Source: Parasitella parasitica NRRL 2501 (Eukaryota; Fungi; Mucoromycota). Taken from it: a stretch of 64,000 bases of DNA. Below the pieces are notes generated by a model. That model had not been told where the DNA came from. It did no database searches and saw only the letters and a program-made list of their open reading frames with translations. The DNA is taken from positions 144,213 through 208,212 of the forward strand of contig MU619274.1 in NCBI GenBank assembly GCA_025201805.1. The letters run 5' to 3'. Positions 36,175 to 49,189 of the stretch are shown in pieces; the stretch's first letter is position 1, and every line of letters begins with the position of its first letter. A program made the position numbers and the translations under genes.

Positions 36175-36983
36175 CTTGATAGCAGTAAAATGATTAACAA
36201 GAAATATGTGCATATAGCATTATGATGAATTTTTCTTGACAAATATTTACAGTTGGTAATGAATGTGCGTAGTAGTGCGTGATTTATACATGATTGTGTG
36301 AGACATATTCATTCTCCAGTTGTACAATATAGTAAACCATGTATATATACTTCGACCTTCGTGCCGTTATACTGATATGAATTTGCTGGTAAAGCCCTAG
36401 ATTGTTGCATAGGCAAAATTCAGCCAATGAAATGCCTGGAAATTAACTACAAACACCATATTTTTTATTTGACGGAGTTTAAAATACTACCATAAAATTA
36501 TTAGTGTGGTGGTGTTGTAGTCGACAAAGAATTTCGCTAAATAATGATTTATATGCATAGAAAATGGCTATATACTCCAGAAATCGTTTAAATTCAGTCC
36601 GTATGCCATCAATTGTACCTTTCTCAGCTACTATGCTTACCAATAGCATTTTTTTTGCAGTAGCAACTGTCTTTTTTCTTTTTTTTTTTTTTGCTGGATA
36701 ACATTGATAGATTTATGGATAAATACCACAATGAAGGTGCCGTATATCTCAAATTTTTCGATATAATAACTTAATGTAAATTCACGGCTTTCAACTGTGC
36801 CTGAATAGTAGTGCTTGTTGGGAATTTGTTTATGTATGAATTGCTGCATATATGGTATCAACGCAACATCTAAGCGCAAAATTCCAACAATAATGCAATC
36901 AAGCAAATCTACAATAGTCACGTAAAGCTCCATGACGCTAAGCTTCATCATGCTTAACGCATTTTCCTTTTCAACATTTCCGC

Positions 36984-38672
36984 ATGCAAGTCTTTTCACG
37001 TAAGCTACTCGTATTTGGCTTGATAGCGCTATTGATAGGAGCCACAGTGGCATCTACTTCAAGTCAACAACAGAAGCACTTTCCTCATAGACACAACTCA
37101 CTTGATGTCAAAGCAATACTCGAGCACCATGGTAAACCAGACACATCAAATGCACATAGTAAGCATTTTCAGGGAGAAACTTTAGCGTATGTCACTCCGT
37201 GGAACAACAGAGGTATGTTCAAAGATACGAACTCATGAACTGCCTTTTATGCTAACATATGCATGTTTCAGGGTATGACATTGTAAAAGAGTTCAAGGGA
37301 AAGTTTGACTAGTAAGTAGAAGCATCAGAAGGCATCGCTCTTGAGAAAGTGACACTATTTTGACCAGCATATCTCCAGTTTGGTATTATATTCAACGCAG
37401 GTAAGGTTCACAGCAAAATCAAATACTGGATTTTCACACTCAACAATCTTGACATACAGGTCATCAATGCAATTTGATATGGATGGAGAGCATGATGTAG
37501 ATCAGGGTGTAAGTACTCTTAAGCAAAGAAATTGAGTGAGCCTCATATCGTATGAATGCGAACAGTGGATGAGAGACGTCAGGGATGAAAAAACTGGCAG
37601 AGGAAAGATTTCACCTCGATTTCAGTTTCGAGGTTGGACGGGCGATGACTTGAGATTGTTTGTATCTGACGAGAAAGAATCTCAAGTATTAGCAAAAGCA
37701 ATCATGGAGCAAGTCAAGTATGTTTTTTTTTCAAAATTTGGTGAAAAATACGATTTTAATCATGAATAATAGTAAATACAATTTTGATGGTCTAGTCATT
37801 GAATGTGGATTTCCTGCCTTCTTTCAGGGCTTCCTCATTCAATTGTCCAAATTGCTCCACCAGGAAGATCGCCATTTAATCGTGGTTTTGCCTGCAATCA
37901 TGAGTGAGGACCATAAGAAATACATGACATCTGATATATTTCATACAATGTCCCAATATGTGGATCGGTTTAGCTTAATGACCTATGATTTTTCTAGCCA
38001 TGACCCGTAATTATTTTCAGTGAAAAATGGTGTCGAGTACTGATTTTTGAAAATAATAGAAATGGTGGACCAGCATCACCTATCGAATGGATGATGGATA
38101 ATATTGAACACCTCACGCCAGAAGAAAAAGGACGCAGCAAGCTATTGGTTGGGTTAAATATGTACGCCATGTCGTATTTGCCTACACGAGCTCCAGAACC
38201 TTTAGTTATGAAGACGGTAATTGAGAAACTGTCAGATCAACCCAAGCAGATGCTGTTAGATGATGAGCTTTTTGAAGATAATGAGCTAGATAACACGTTA
38301 TCCGAGGCGCTAAATTGGGACTCTACAACTCAAGAAGCATGGTTTGTTGATATTGATGAGGAAGGAATTAGGCAGGGCACCATTTGGTTACCTACGTTGC
38401 GAGTAAGACATACATCAGTTATCAATAAAAGATATGTAGACTGACTCTTTGTTTTTAGTCTATTAAAAACCGTTTGAGACTAGCCGAAGATTATGGGGGT
38501 AGGAGAAAGATTAACGATTATATGTATTTTAACTAATTTATTGGACTCGATCAGTTGGAGTTGCCCTTTGGGAAGTTGGTCAAGGACTCGATTACTATGT
38601 AGGTTCTGAAAATACTGCAACATGAGAAGTTTTTCTAATTTTTCTACAATATCTCAGTATGATCTCTTTTAG
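36984..38672 (+). CDS. Chitinase-domain-containing protein 1 (CHID1/SI-CLP, probably inactive GH18)
   Basis: Signal peptide; LAYVTPWNNRGYD, SPVW, KYNFDGLVIE (lacks DxDxE), SLMTYDFS, LVGLNMY, GVALWEVGQGLDYYYDLF*. Confidence 0.9.
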
Positions 38673-39333
38673 AAACAATATGGGATTTGTAGTCTACTTT
38701 CTAAAGTTTCGAGAAAGCTCTTTTTTATACATTAAAGATATGGCTGTTATGCGTTGATACGTGCTTTGACCAGCAGACATTTACATCAATGTGTTTATTT
38801 TATTGCAAAATTGGCTCGAGAAATCAGAGTTAAACATTGATGCTAACTCTTTAAATTTGAGTAAAATTACGTGTAAAAGGTCTAGAGACTATGATTAACC
38901 ATTTAAACAATTTGGTTTGTACATTTAAAATATACAGTTAAATAATACACCTCACAGCAAGTGTTCTTTTGACTTTGTTTGCGTATTGTCTTCAAGATTT
39001 TCAAGAATGATCCATTCAGGGCTGTGGTTTCAAGTTTGTGGAGTTGCACGGGGCCAAAGGCATACTGCCTATTTGTGCAATTAGTGCTTTCGACCATAAC
39101 AAAACAGTTTTAAAGATTGGCCTTTTTTGCGTTGGATATTTGCTGCAAATGCAACGTGACATACCATGCAGCTAAAGACAACACTGTTTTTAGCATGTTT
39201 CCCGTCTTTCGATCATCGGCAACGTTGCCTGGATTTGAGTTTCAATAATGCAAGATGTTGAAACATCATTTTGTTGTGTACAGTATTTCTTTCTTTTTTC
39301 TTCAACTTCCTCAACATAATCTCAAAAAGAAAA

Positions 39334-41673
39334 ATGAGTCTCGCGCCTTCTTCGTTTGAGATATCCGAGGCCAAGGTAACCATACACTACAAATACGCTG
39401 GCGATAAAAAGGTTATCCGCCACGAAAATGAAATTGTACGACCAGGTAAACCTTTCATCGGCCAAGACATCCAAGTTAGCTCCAAGGCAGTGAGCCACTC
39501 TGATAAAAAGGGAGGCTATTTGCTTTCATACCACATTAAGGCGTTTAAACGCATCGAGTTGGTTAAATTTGAAGCAACGTACATGACTGACCTGAAGAAT
39601 CAACGTATGATGGCCAACGGTTTTCAAAGCTGGAGCCAAGCTCGTGAATTCACTAAAGATGACAAGATCCCCCCCATCCGCTCTGGTATCGCTTGGTATA
39701 CGCAGCTCAATCTCCAGGGGTAAGATTTTGAATCGAAGTCAGACTTTGCTCTATTAACATATTATTTGTGCATAGCGATTACGATATCTTCCAACACACC
39801 GGTGAGAAAGGACTAATCCACTCGAGCAGCTACACCCACTTTCGCGATCAAAAAAATGTGCTTTCCTTTTTTGGATCTGTTTCCGAGCATTTAGGCTACA
39901 CGTATTTCAAGGGCAACTTCAATAGCAACATGCTCAGTATCTACAAGGACGTTCTTGGCAAGATTGTGGAGGAAAATGAGGAAATCGAGTTTGTGCGTGT
40001 GTTTATTGCTCAAGGGCTGGATGGCGAAGCTCCCATTTGGGACAGCTATGCAGAATTTTTCAAGGACCGTAGAGCCATCAAGAACAATGAAGACGACAAG
40101 CGACATGTCAATGGCTGGACGTCTTGGTATAACTACTATGGCGATGTCAGCGAGGATATCATCAACGAGAACGTAGAAGCTTTGCAAAAACACAAGTATC
40201 CCATCAACATTTTCCAGATTGACGATGGGTTTCAAACTGCCATTGGTGATTGGTTGTCTATCAATGGCAAATTTCCAAACGGCATGAAGGTTGTAGCCGA
40301 TAAAATTAAAGGTGCTGGATTCAAGGCTGGTCTTTGGCTTGCCCCTTACGCTGTAGGATACACAAGTCGCATTGTCAAAGAACATCCAGATTGGCTGATT
40401 ATTGACCCAGAAATTAAAAAGCCCGTGGTTGCGGGCCCTAATTGGGGCGGCTTTTATGCGTTGGACATCTATAATCCTGAAGCGAGAGAGTATTTGAAGC
40501 ATGTGTTCGATGTTGTATTACACGATTGGGGCTTTGATATGCTGAAGCTCGATTTTTGTTTCGCTGCAGCCATGATTCCTCGCAATGGCAAATCCCGCGG
40601 TGAAATCATGTGGGATGCCATGGATTTGATTCGTGATCTAGTAGGCCCTGATAAGCTTGTACTTGGCTGTGGTGTACCTCTGGCCTCTGCCTTTAGAAAG
40701 GTAGATTATTGTCGTATTGGATCTGATGTAGCCCCGTGGTGGGAGGGTAAGAATAGCTTTGACGTGTCTTTTTTTTTATATATATTTGTTCACACCTTAC
40801 ACAGATTCAAAACTAAAGCTTCTTCATGTTCGTGAGCGTGTGTCGACAGCAAACTCGCTAGTATCAACCTTAACTCGTTGGACAATGTCTGATCGTATGT
40901 TTGGTAATGATCCTGACGTGATGATTCTTCGTAACCATAAAAACAAGCTGACTCCGGATGAGAGATACACATTGTGTGTCCTCAACAACATTTTGGGTGC
41001 TCTTGTATTCAGCTCTGATAACGTGGCCTTGTATGGTCCAGACGAACATCTCTTATATTCTGCTACGTTTCCAAAAGTCATTGCTCGTGTACAAAGTGTG
41101 ATTGAATTCAGCCGCAACTGTTTTGAAGTGCATTTTACTGTAAACGATGCTAACGGAACTTCCCGTAACTACACCACTTTTGCTAACCTCACCGACGAAG
41201 AGAAAATAATTTATTTGCCTGTATCCTCAAAAGACACGCATCTTTTGTTTGCCACAGATAACGATATGCACATGAGCCAAGCAGATGATTCAGAGGCATT
41301 GTTTTACCACCCTTCTTCCCGTGGTAAACTCAAGGTGCACGAAACCAAGACTTTCATGCATATTCCGGAGCCTACTCCAAATCAACAAAATCTGCTTCTT
41401 TTGGGTACTACCAGCCATATCGTGCCTGGCGCTGAATTGAATCAGTTCAGCAACGATAATGGGGCGCTTACAATCACTTTTAGATCTGAAAATACAAGGC
41501 ACCACAAGGTCTATGTTGGTCTTGGTCCATATCTTCATCAAAACCGCAATTTCGCTCCTCTTTCTTGTAAGATTGACGGGAAACAAGTGAATCACGAATG
41601 GATTCCTGTGCGTGGTGATGGAGAAGGAAGACCTAAAAGTGAAGTTTTGGCTTTCGTAGTTGAGGGAAATTAG
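39334..41673 (+). CDS. GH36-type alpha-galactosidase (melibiase), no signal peptide
   Basis: NGFQSWS, GWTSWYNYY, FQIDDGFQ..IGDW, KFPNGMK, GLWLAP, LKLDF (nucleophile Asp), LGCG, CRIGSDV (acid/base Asp), NDPDV; two introns. Confidence 0.9.
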
Positions 41674-43252
41674 ATTTGTGCCTAATCTTATTATTTTTCT
41701 ACTTGTACGAAATAAATGAGGCGTTCCATGTCCCCTTTGTATCCGCATACCTTATTGAACTGCTGTATGTTGTCCTGCTCTCCACCCTTCCTGCGAAAGC
41801 GCAATTTTAGAATTCATTGGTCATCAACAAGTGGTATAATAGCCCAGGACAAGTAGCAATGAACACCAGTAAAAGCCTTTCTGGCCACTTCGATCTGTAC
41901 TACTAGCAATCAAAGCTTGCTTTTCCAGACACTTTCAACAAACTATGCGATTAAGCTGAATTCAGTCACTAAAACTAGCATTGCAAGGAATTTAAATATA
42001 AAGACGTTAAAGGGTTATTAGAAGCATGCATGTAGACATTTTACAAAAGGATCTTTGCAAACAAAATACATCAGGAATAGACATTTGGGAGAGTTTGAGT
42101 CTCACCTTACAAACAGTAATTCACGAAAATCAGCCATTTATTAGCGATGAAGAATTATGCTCTGCGTTTATTTGAATAATACAATATCATAACTAAAAAA
42201 AAATTTTTAGAAATTATTTCCTTTAAAAAAGTCGAAAACCTTCCTAATAGAAGGTAATAACTGAATATTTCCCTGCATTTTATGCTAATTTCTTTTGAAA
42301 TCCAAAGAGTATAATAAAAAGGCTATTAATTTCGTTCATTACCAACTTACTTTTCAATGTCCTCTCTTAGAGTAGGTTTCGCTTTTACAACAAAATTTTA
42401 CTGCTATGCAAGCTTATAATGCTACTATTCCTATTCCCATGCACTTGACTATTCCACCTTTGTATTTCTTTGGTACTTGCCCTCATTACGATTGGACTCC
42501 CGCGGATTATCTAATAGATGCATGGAACTGAATCCGTTCCCTTGCATGCATTCAAACTACTTTTGGCAAACTGGGAGACTGTCATCGAGTCTTAAATTCC
42601 TATGGCTCATGTAGACTACATAGCACCTGCCATTATTCCTACGGCGGCTGAAGGGTACTATGAGCAAAAGTTAAAGGTTTGAGGATAGTTCTTTTAAACT
42701 ACTGTAATGCCTCTTATCCACTGCGTTACCTTCATTGAATATTCTCGATTATGAGATGTTTACTTATGTTACTACTGGCAGCTGTCTGTTTTTGCTATTA
42801 ACTAGAGGTTGAATCTCATCTCAATTCCAACAATAATACTGAATTGTATAAAGACTTTTAGAAACAACGACCAGAGCAATCCTGGCTTCCTATTTCAATC
42901 ATTATCAAGACCCAGCGTTCTCCTAGTAATCGTTTGTAGTCTCTTTTTTAATTTTCTTTGGAGATAATCTTTATTTTTATCGAAAGAACTCTCAGTAGCC
43001 CTAATTTCAAACACAATAATTGTTATGCGCAAAGGATATATGAATATGATCTGCTCAAAATATGTATAAATTTATTGATAAGAAAATGCCATATTTTTAT
43101 ACTAGATTATATCAATTGTAACATCATTTGTCATCATGGTTAAACATCGAAGTTAATTACATGTTGTATTATACATTAATTCCTTGTCATTGTATACAAA
43201 GAATTACCAATCTAATAATTGCTTAATCTCATGCCTTTCTAGCACAGAACCA

Positions 43253-45185
43253 GAAGCTTAAGTTTTGTTAATAGAATTACCCTCAATCCCAACCCTAGCC
43301 TCTATTTTACTTTCTGTTTTACATGTTTAGTATTGTGATCACAAAAATGGGAACTCTTGAACTAACATTAAGCATTATTATAAGCAACAATGGTAATAGG
43401 GCTTTTCAGTCATTAGCAAGTAGCAACTTATGAGTTATTTACAAATAACAAGGGGCTATTGCAGCAAACATTGTATTCATTAATAATCCTCTTCTGCTTC
43501 CAAATCAATAGGCCACATGTTTTTGATTATATTCATATGAAGAAAGGTATACTTGTGGTATCAAAAATACTTACTTTATANNNNNNNNNNNNNNNNNNNN
43601 NNNNNNNNNNNNNNNNNNNNNNNNNNNNNNNNNNNNNNNNNNNNNNNNNNNNNNNNNNNNNNNNNNNNNNNNNNNNNNNNNNNNNNNNNNNNNNNNNNNN
43701 NNNNNNNNNNNNNNNNNNNNNNNNNNNNNNNNNNNNNNNNNNNNNNNNNNNNNNNNNNNNNNNNNNNNNNNNNNNNNNNNNNNNNNNNNNNNNNNNNNNN
43801 NNNNNNNNNNNNNNNNNNNNNNNNNNNNNNNNNNNNNNNNNNNNNNNNNNNNNNNNNNNNNNNNNNNNNNNNNNNNNNNNNNNNNNNNNNNNNNNNNNNN
43901 NNNNNNNNNNNNNNNNNNNNNNNNNNNNNNNNNNNNNNNNNNNNNNNNNNNNNNNNNNNNNNNNNNNNNNNNNNNNNNNNNNNNNNNNNNNNNNNNNNNN
44001 NNNNNNNNNNNNNNNNNNNNNNNNNNNNNNNNNNNNNNNNNNNNNNNNNNNNNNNNNNNNNNNNNNNNNNNNNNNNNNNNNNNNNNNNNNNNNNNNNNNN
44101 NNNNNNNNNNNNNNNNNNNNNNNNNNNNNNNNNNNNNNNNNNNNNNNNNNNNNNNNNNNNNNNNNNNNNNNNNNNNNNNNNNNNNNNNNNNNNNNNNNNN
44201 NNNNNNNNNNNNNNNNNNNNNNNNNNNNNNNNNNNNNNNNNNNNNNNNNNNNNNNNNNNNNNNNNNNNNNNNNNNNNNNNNNNNNNNNNNNNNNNNNNNN
44301 NNNNNNNNNNNNNNNNNNNNNNNNNNNNNNNNNNNNNNNNNNNNNNNNNNNNNNNNNNNNNNNNNNNNNNNNNNNNNNNNNNNNNNNNNNNNNNNNNNNN
44401 NNNNNNNNNNNNNNNNNNNNNNNNNNNNNNNNNNNNNNNNNNNNNNNNNNNNNNNNNNNNNNNNNNNNNNNNNNNNNNNNNNNNNNNNNNNNNNNNNNNN
44501 NNNNNNNNNNNNNNNNNNNNNNNNNNNNNNNNNNNNNNNNNNNNNNNNNNNNNNNNNNNNNNNNNNNNNNNNNNNAAGATATACACTTTTTAACCATTCC
44601 AATATTATGGAAAGATGGCACAGGTTTGACTAGCTGTTCTATTGTGCAAATGGATATAGAGAACCCTGCTAGGTTCTTATCTGACAAGACCTTCTAAACT
44701 AGAAGACGCCAGATCAAGTGAAGGTATAAGAAAATGCCAGAGGAAAGGAAACAATCTACCATCAGGATAACACACCCATTTATAAAAAATTCATCTGTAT
44801 AGAAATTTTTGAAATCTCGAGGACATAAAATGTGTTCATATTCAACCTTGCTCCCATTCCTGAATCCAATTAAAGATTTTCGATCCCAAGGCAGCAAACA
44901 CACTTATATCCAAAATCTCAGATGTTTGTCTATAGACAACCGTAACCTTTTAAAAACTACTTAGAACTTGAAGATATGATGTAAACAGCATATTTCGCAA
45001 CAAAGCAATTACTATTTTTCTCTAAATATGGAAATACCTACTTTCAAATCTTTTTAGCGAGACATTTTGGTTTTTATCAAAAATAAAAGATTTTTTACCA
45101 GAAACTCTAATACATACTATCACAATCACCATGATCTTTATCATTTACTTGCACTTTTTTTTTTTCAGAAACTGCAAAATGACAA
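43253..45185. mobile_element. Partial second copy of the 60509-63370 TIR element, spanning the 995-N assembly gap
   Basis: 43253-43580 matches 61347-61660 and 44576-45185 matches 62704-63370. It ends in right TIR ...CAGAAACTGCAAAATGACAA followed by TA. Confidence 0.85.
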
Positions 45186-45187
45186 TA

Positions 45188-45780
45188 CAGCAAATAAAGG
45201 TGACCAGTCTTCTTAATTAAATTGTGATTTTTATGACAAAAGTCCATAATAAATGACAGACCAATTTTAAATAAGAGATTAGAAATATTTCTTGGATCAT
45301 CAACTGTTTTTATATGCTTATGCCATGACAGCATATTGTCCGTCTGTAAGAGCATGACCCTGTAATAATTTTTCATGATACTCTACGCACTGTTTTAATT
45401 ATAATTCCAAGTGTTTTTGAGCCATTCACAGCCACGCCAACGTTTTCTTTTTCAAGTTTCGTAGATAAAGTATAAAGAAACGCTTACTTTTTTTTTTTTG
45501 TATGAAAATAAAGAAACGCTTACTGCTAGATTATCAAAACGGCGCTAAACAAAAACACCAGCATACTTTTCCAGACAACTTGCGGCCTTCCGCTACGTTC
45601 TTGGATTATTTAACTTCCTGTTTAATTGTAGTAATTGACTCAATCAGTAGCAGTAGCGTTAGCAAGCACATTTCACGTGAAATTTGGGTTTTCTTTTGTT
45701 TAGCTTCATATTTGCCGATAATAAGCCCACAGCTAAAATTGTCAAGTTGTTACGAACTGTACGATGGTTGTTGGTAATAT
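45188..45780 (-). pseudogene. Tc1/mariner-like transposase remnant
   Basis: Broken frames read QLDNFSCGLIIGKYEAKQKKTQISRE...ERSGRPQVV (HTH plus GRP linker) and DPRNIS...TGHLYLL. Truncated where the TIR element is inserted at a TA. Confidence 0.5.
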
Positions 45781-47659
45781 CTGTCAAAGCAATGATCAGT
45801 TGTATTTTCGAATAGTGATGAAAGAGCGTATTTTACTTATTTTATTAGAAAAATAAACAAAATGAAAATAGACGATGACTTATGTTTAACGTCGTTACAC
45901 TATGTATGCTTGAGTAAAACAGTTGCTTGCTGTGATTCTTACGATGTTGCTTCAAATGCTTCTGTGAAATGGGTTTCAAAGAAAACCCTCAGGCCAATCA
46001 TGCGCCTTCAAACCAGGTCCTGGCTTGTTGATTTTGAACCAGTTGATGTTCTTGGTGCCCAAACCAACATCATCTATTCAACTACATACCACATATGAAT
46101 ACTTCCTTTTAACAAGTAACTCATAAATACACCTACCCAGAATATCACAAAGCCACTGTCTTACTCGATCTGTGTACTTGTTGGCTTGGGCGGCGGGAGG
46201 AGTAGGTTTGGGACCTTTTTACAAAGCCTGTTTTCTTTCAACCGTTCTGTTCGACAGTCTTTAATAAGGAAACAATCTGGTTTAGATGGCTTATCATTTA
46301 AACCCCATAAATTCACACTTTGATGAAATAACTGGCTTAGTTATCTCTTGCTGTGTGATTTATCGAGTTTGTGACATTTTTGGTAGCAGAATACATGGGC
46401 AGACAAAAAATGTAAAGGTCTAAGAAAGAATGAAGGGGTTCAAATAAAAATGAAGTCAATGTAGAAAAAACAAGAAGGTATAATCTTTTACTGACATATA
46501 AATGAGTATTATTGTATTACACTAAAGGTTCTGATAATTTCTAGAGCAGCTACATTAACAAAATACTCGTGTATTTATATGCTCATGTTCCTTTCCACGT
46601 TAAAGGAATACAATCATCAATAAGATAAATGGTATTGTAGACAATGTATGGACTCTAACTATTGACATCTTGTAGCAGACATCACAGAGCATAAATAAAA
46701 TATTATTATCTTTTAGATTATTTAATCATATCTTTTACAATGTGAAAAAATACAACATGATGAACTAACTCCAAAGTATGGTGATACGGTTGTTTGACCT
46801 CGGATAAGAAACCGTAGTAAAAAAGTTAAGTAGGTGTAATATAGAGTATCACGCCACCACATTACAAAAATAATTATTGCTTAAGAGGTTGCCATAAGCA
46901 AGTGTGATCAAATGATGAGATTGAACATCTTGCTTCGTGAAGCAGTGCAGACCAGCTTGTAATGAATATTAATGCAACGTCGTGTTCTTTTCCATATTAT
47001 TTGATGAGAATCATGGCTTTTACAATATCACTCGGTGGCATTCTGTGAGGGTGATATTAGTGATATTTCAAAATTTCTCGAAGGTTAGTAACAAGCTTCT
47101 CCTGGATGCTTATACCAGATGTGTAACTTAAAGACTTTTTATTTAAAAGTGAGTTTCGCTTTACAAGCCCTACTAATACCATATAGGCTTCCAGTTCATC
47201 CATTATTGGACATATAGTAGACTGTTACTTCGTTCTCCTACATATTACATCACCAAGATCTACGATCAACTCGATGTTGTTGTATTCAGTTGAAATTGTT
47301 CCCAAATCCATGATCTCGCCACAGTATCGTTTGATACTTGAAGATTGAAAGTGAACGTAATCTACTTGGTTTTAACTATTTATTATGACCTGTTACACTA
47401 CAACAATATGAAATTAAAGGGGTTGTTTAAATTTGATTTGGAAATATTCATAAATTAAAGATGAACGGTTCGAGACCAAGTAACAAACAAAGCGGATATT
47501 GGATTTTGCTAATTAACTATCATTGTTTTGCATACATACAAATAGCATCAATTAACAGGTTTCGTTTTCCCCCTTTCCTTTCGTTCCTTTCTTTCCTTTC
47601 TTTCCTTTCACTTTTTATTTTAAATACAAATCAACTTCAAAGCTGGTTCTTTTTCTAGA

Positions 47660-48918
47660 ATGGTGACGGTAGCGAAAATTGTATGTAAATATTTGTAGAT
47701 GATAGTTCGTAAACAAGACACTAAATATCAGGTACATGTAGATTGGTCGTGTTACAGAAACAAAATGGTCAAAGCTATACATTGCAATGGCGACTTGTCA
47801 ATGTATTATCATCATAGCGCTTCAGGCAGCGATCTGCTACCTCAACACATATCAAGCGCATCTATTACCTGAACCTACAACTGACAGTGCACTGACGGCA
47901 AGCTCCACAGCCGACGATTATCTTCCACTGAGAGCTGCTGATCGTCTGGGCCGCATTAAATGGGAAAACATTGCATTTATGGGCTTTCAAGTGTGGTTTC
48001 TAGGCATGGCATTTGATGCTGTAAGTATTTGTTTTGAGTCTTCTAAAAAAGTGTATAAAACTCATGTTTTCCTAATAGACGGTCTACCAAAATACGGCTG
48101 AGATCTTAGCCTTGGCTATTTTGAATGTTCTTTGTGCTATTTTAGGTGCTTTACAGGTCGTAGATGGCGTCAAATGGCTCGATCGATTACTGCATACGGA
48201 CTATTCTGTGGACGCATTAGCCATGGCACAAAAAATTGAAATTTCACTGTCTGTAGTCATCCTGTCGTTTGCTGTCATCATGTCGTTTCTCAGCTATCAA
48301 ATGTCAAAACAGTTTGGTTGGAACATTTACAAAAAGATTGGCGCAGACGTGCAAATTCAAAAGATGTATCGCATGTTTCAGTTCTTTGTATTGTCCCTCA
48401 AGATCGACATCTTTACACAATTCATGGTCTCTGTCTTTTATCTGATGCAATTTGCCTTAAAGCAGGGTATTATGTGGGAAACCATCGTTCAAGTCATTGC
48501 TACCGTTTTTATTATACCATTTCTATATTTTGCTAGAACAGCTGTAAGTACATATATGCAACTATAATTTATCATCGCATTGACAAATATTTGTATGACA
48601 TAATAGGGTAGCACTGAGAGTAAACCGAGAATGATCATGTTCATCTTGTTTGAATGCCTCGTTTTATTCCACTTTGCTTTGATCTTTTCACAGACATTGC
48701 AGCCAAACAACAATTGGTATACTTGGATTTGCTTGATTTGCATTGGCGTTGCTTTCGCCCTAGTTTCTTGCATTCTAGGTATTATTTGTATGCTCAACTT
48801 TGGCAAAGGTCTTAAGCCATTTGTTCAAAGAGGAAGCATCAAAGCAAGGATGGATATTGAAAACAACGTCTTACAAAAACAAAAGGCCCATCAAAGCTGG
48901 CAAATCGATGACGATTAA
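47660..48918 (+). CDS. UPF0658-like multi-pass membrane protein
   Basis: Four exons, ~7 TM segments; DA.VYQNTAE, QFGWNIYKKIGAD, LKIDIF, CMLNFGKGLKP. Confidence 0.8.
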
Positions 48919-49189
48919 AAGAAAAATACCACCTTGTCTATAACCCATCTATATAACACTTTTTCTATATATATATATACACACTTTCTGTTCAACTGCA
49001 TCAAAAACCTCATTGTCATCGTTAAAAAAATAAAAATCGTCGCTGGTCGATCTTTCTCGTAACGTAATAAATTGTAATGGTCATTTAAAATTAACTCAGG
49101 CTATTGCAATGGCAAGCCATTGATAAACTGCATGACTAAACTTCAGAAGGTATACATTGTTATATACATGTCTTTATTCAATTTTCCAA

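Noticed and set aside
43459-44697. Long ORFs of 336-412 aa in five frames
   Set aside because: Artefacts of translating the 995-N gap.
47461-47480. GGTTCGAG as a tRNA T-loop
   Set aside because: No cloverleaf or A-box around it; no tRNA or rRNA genes recognised in the window.
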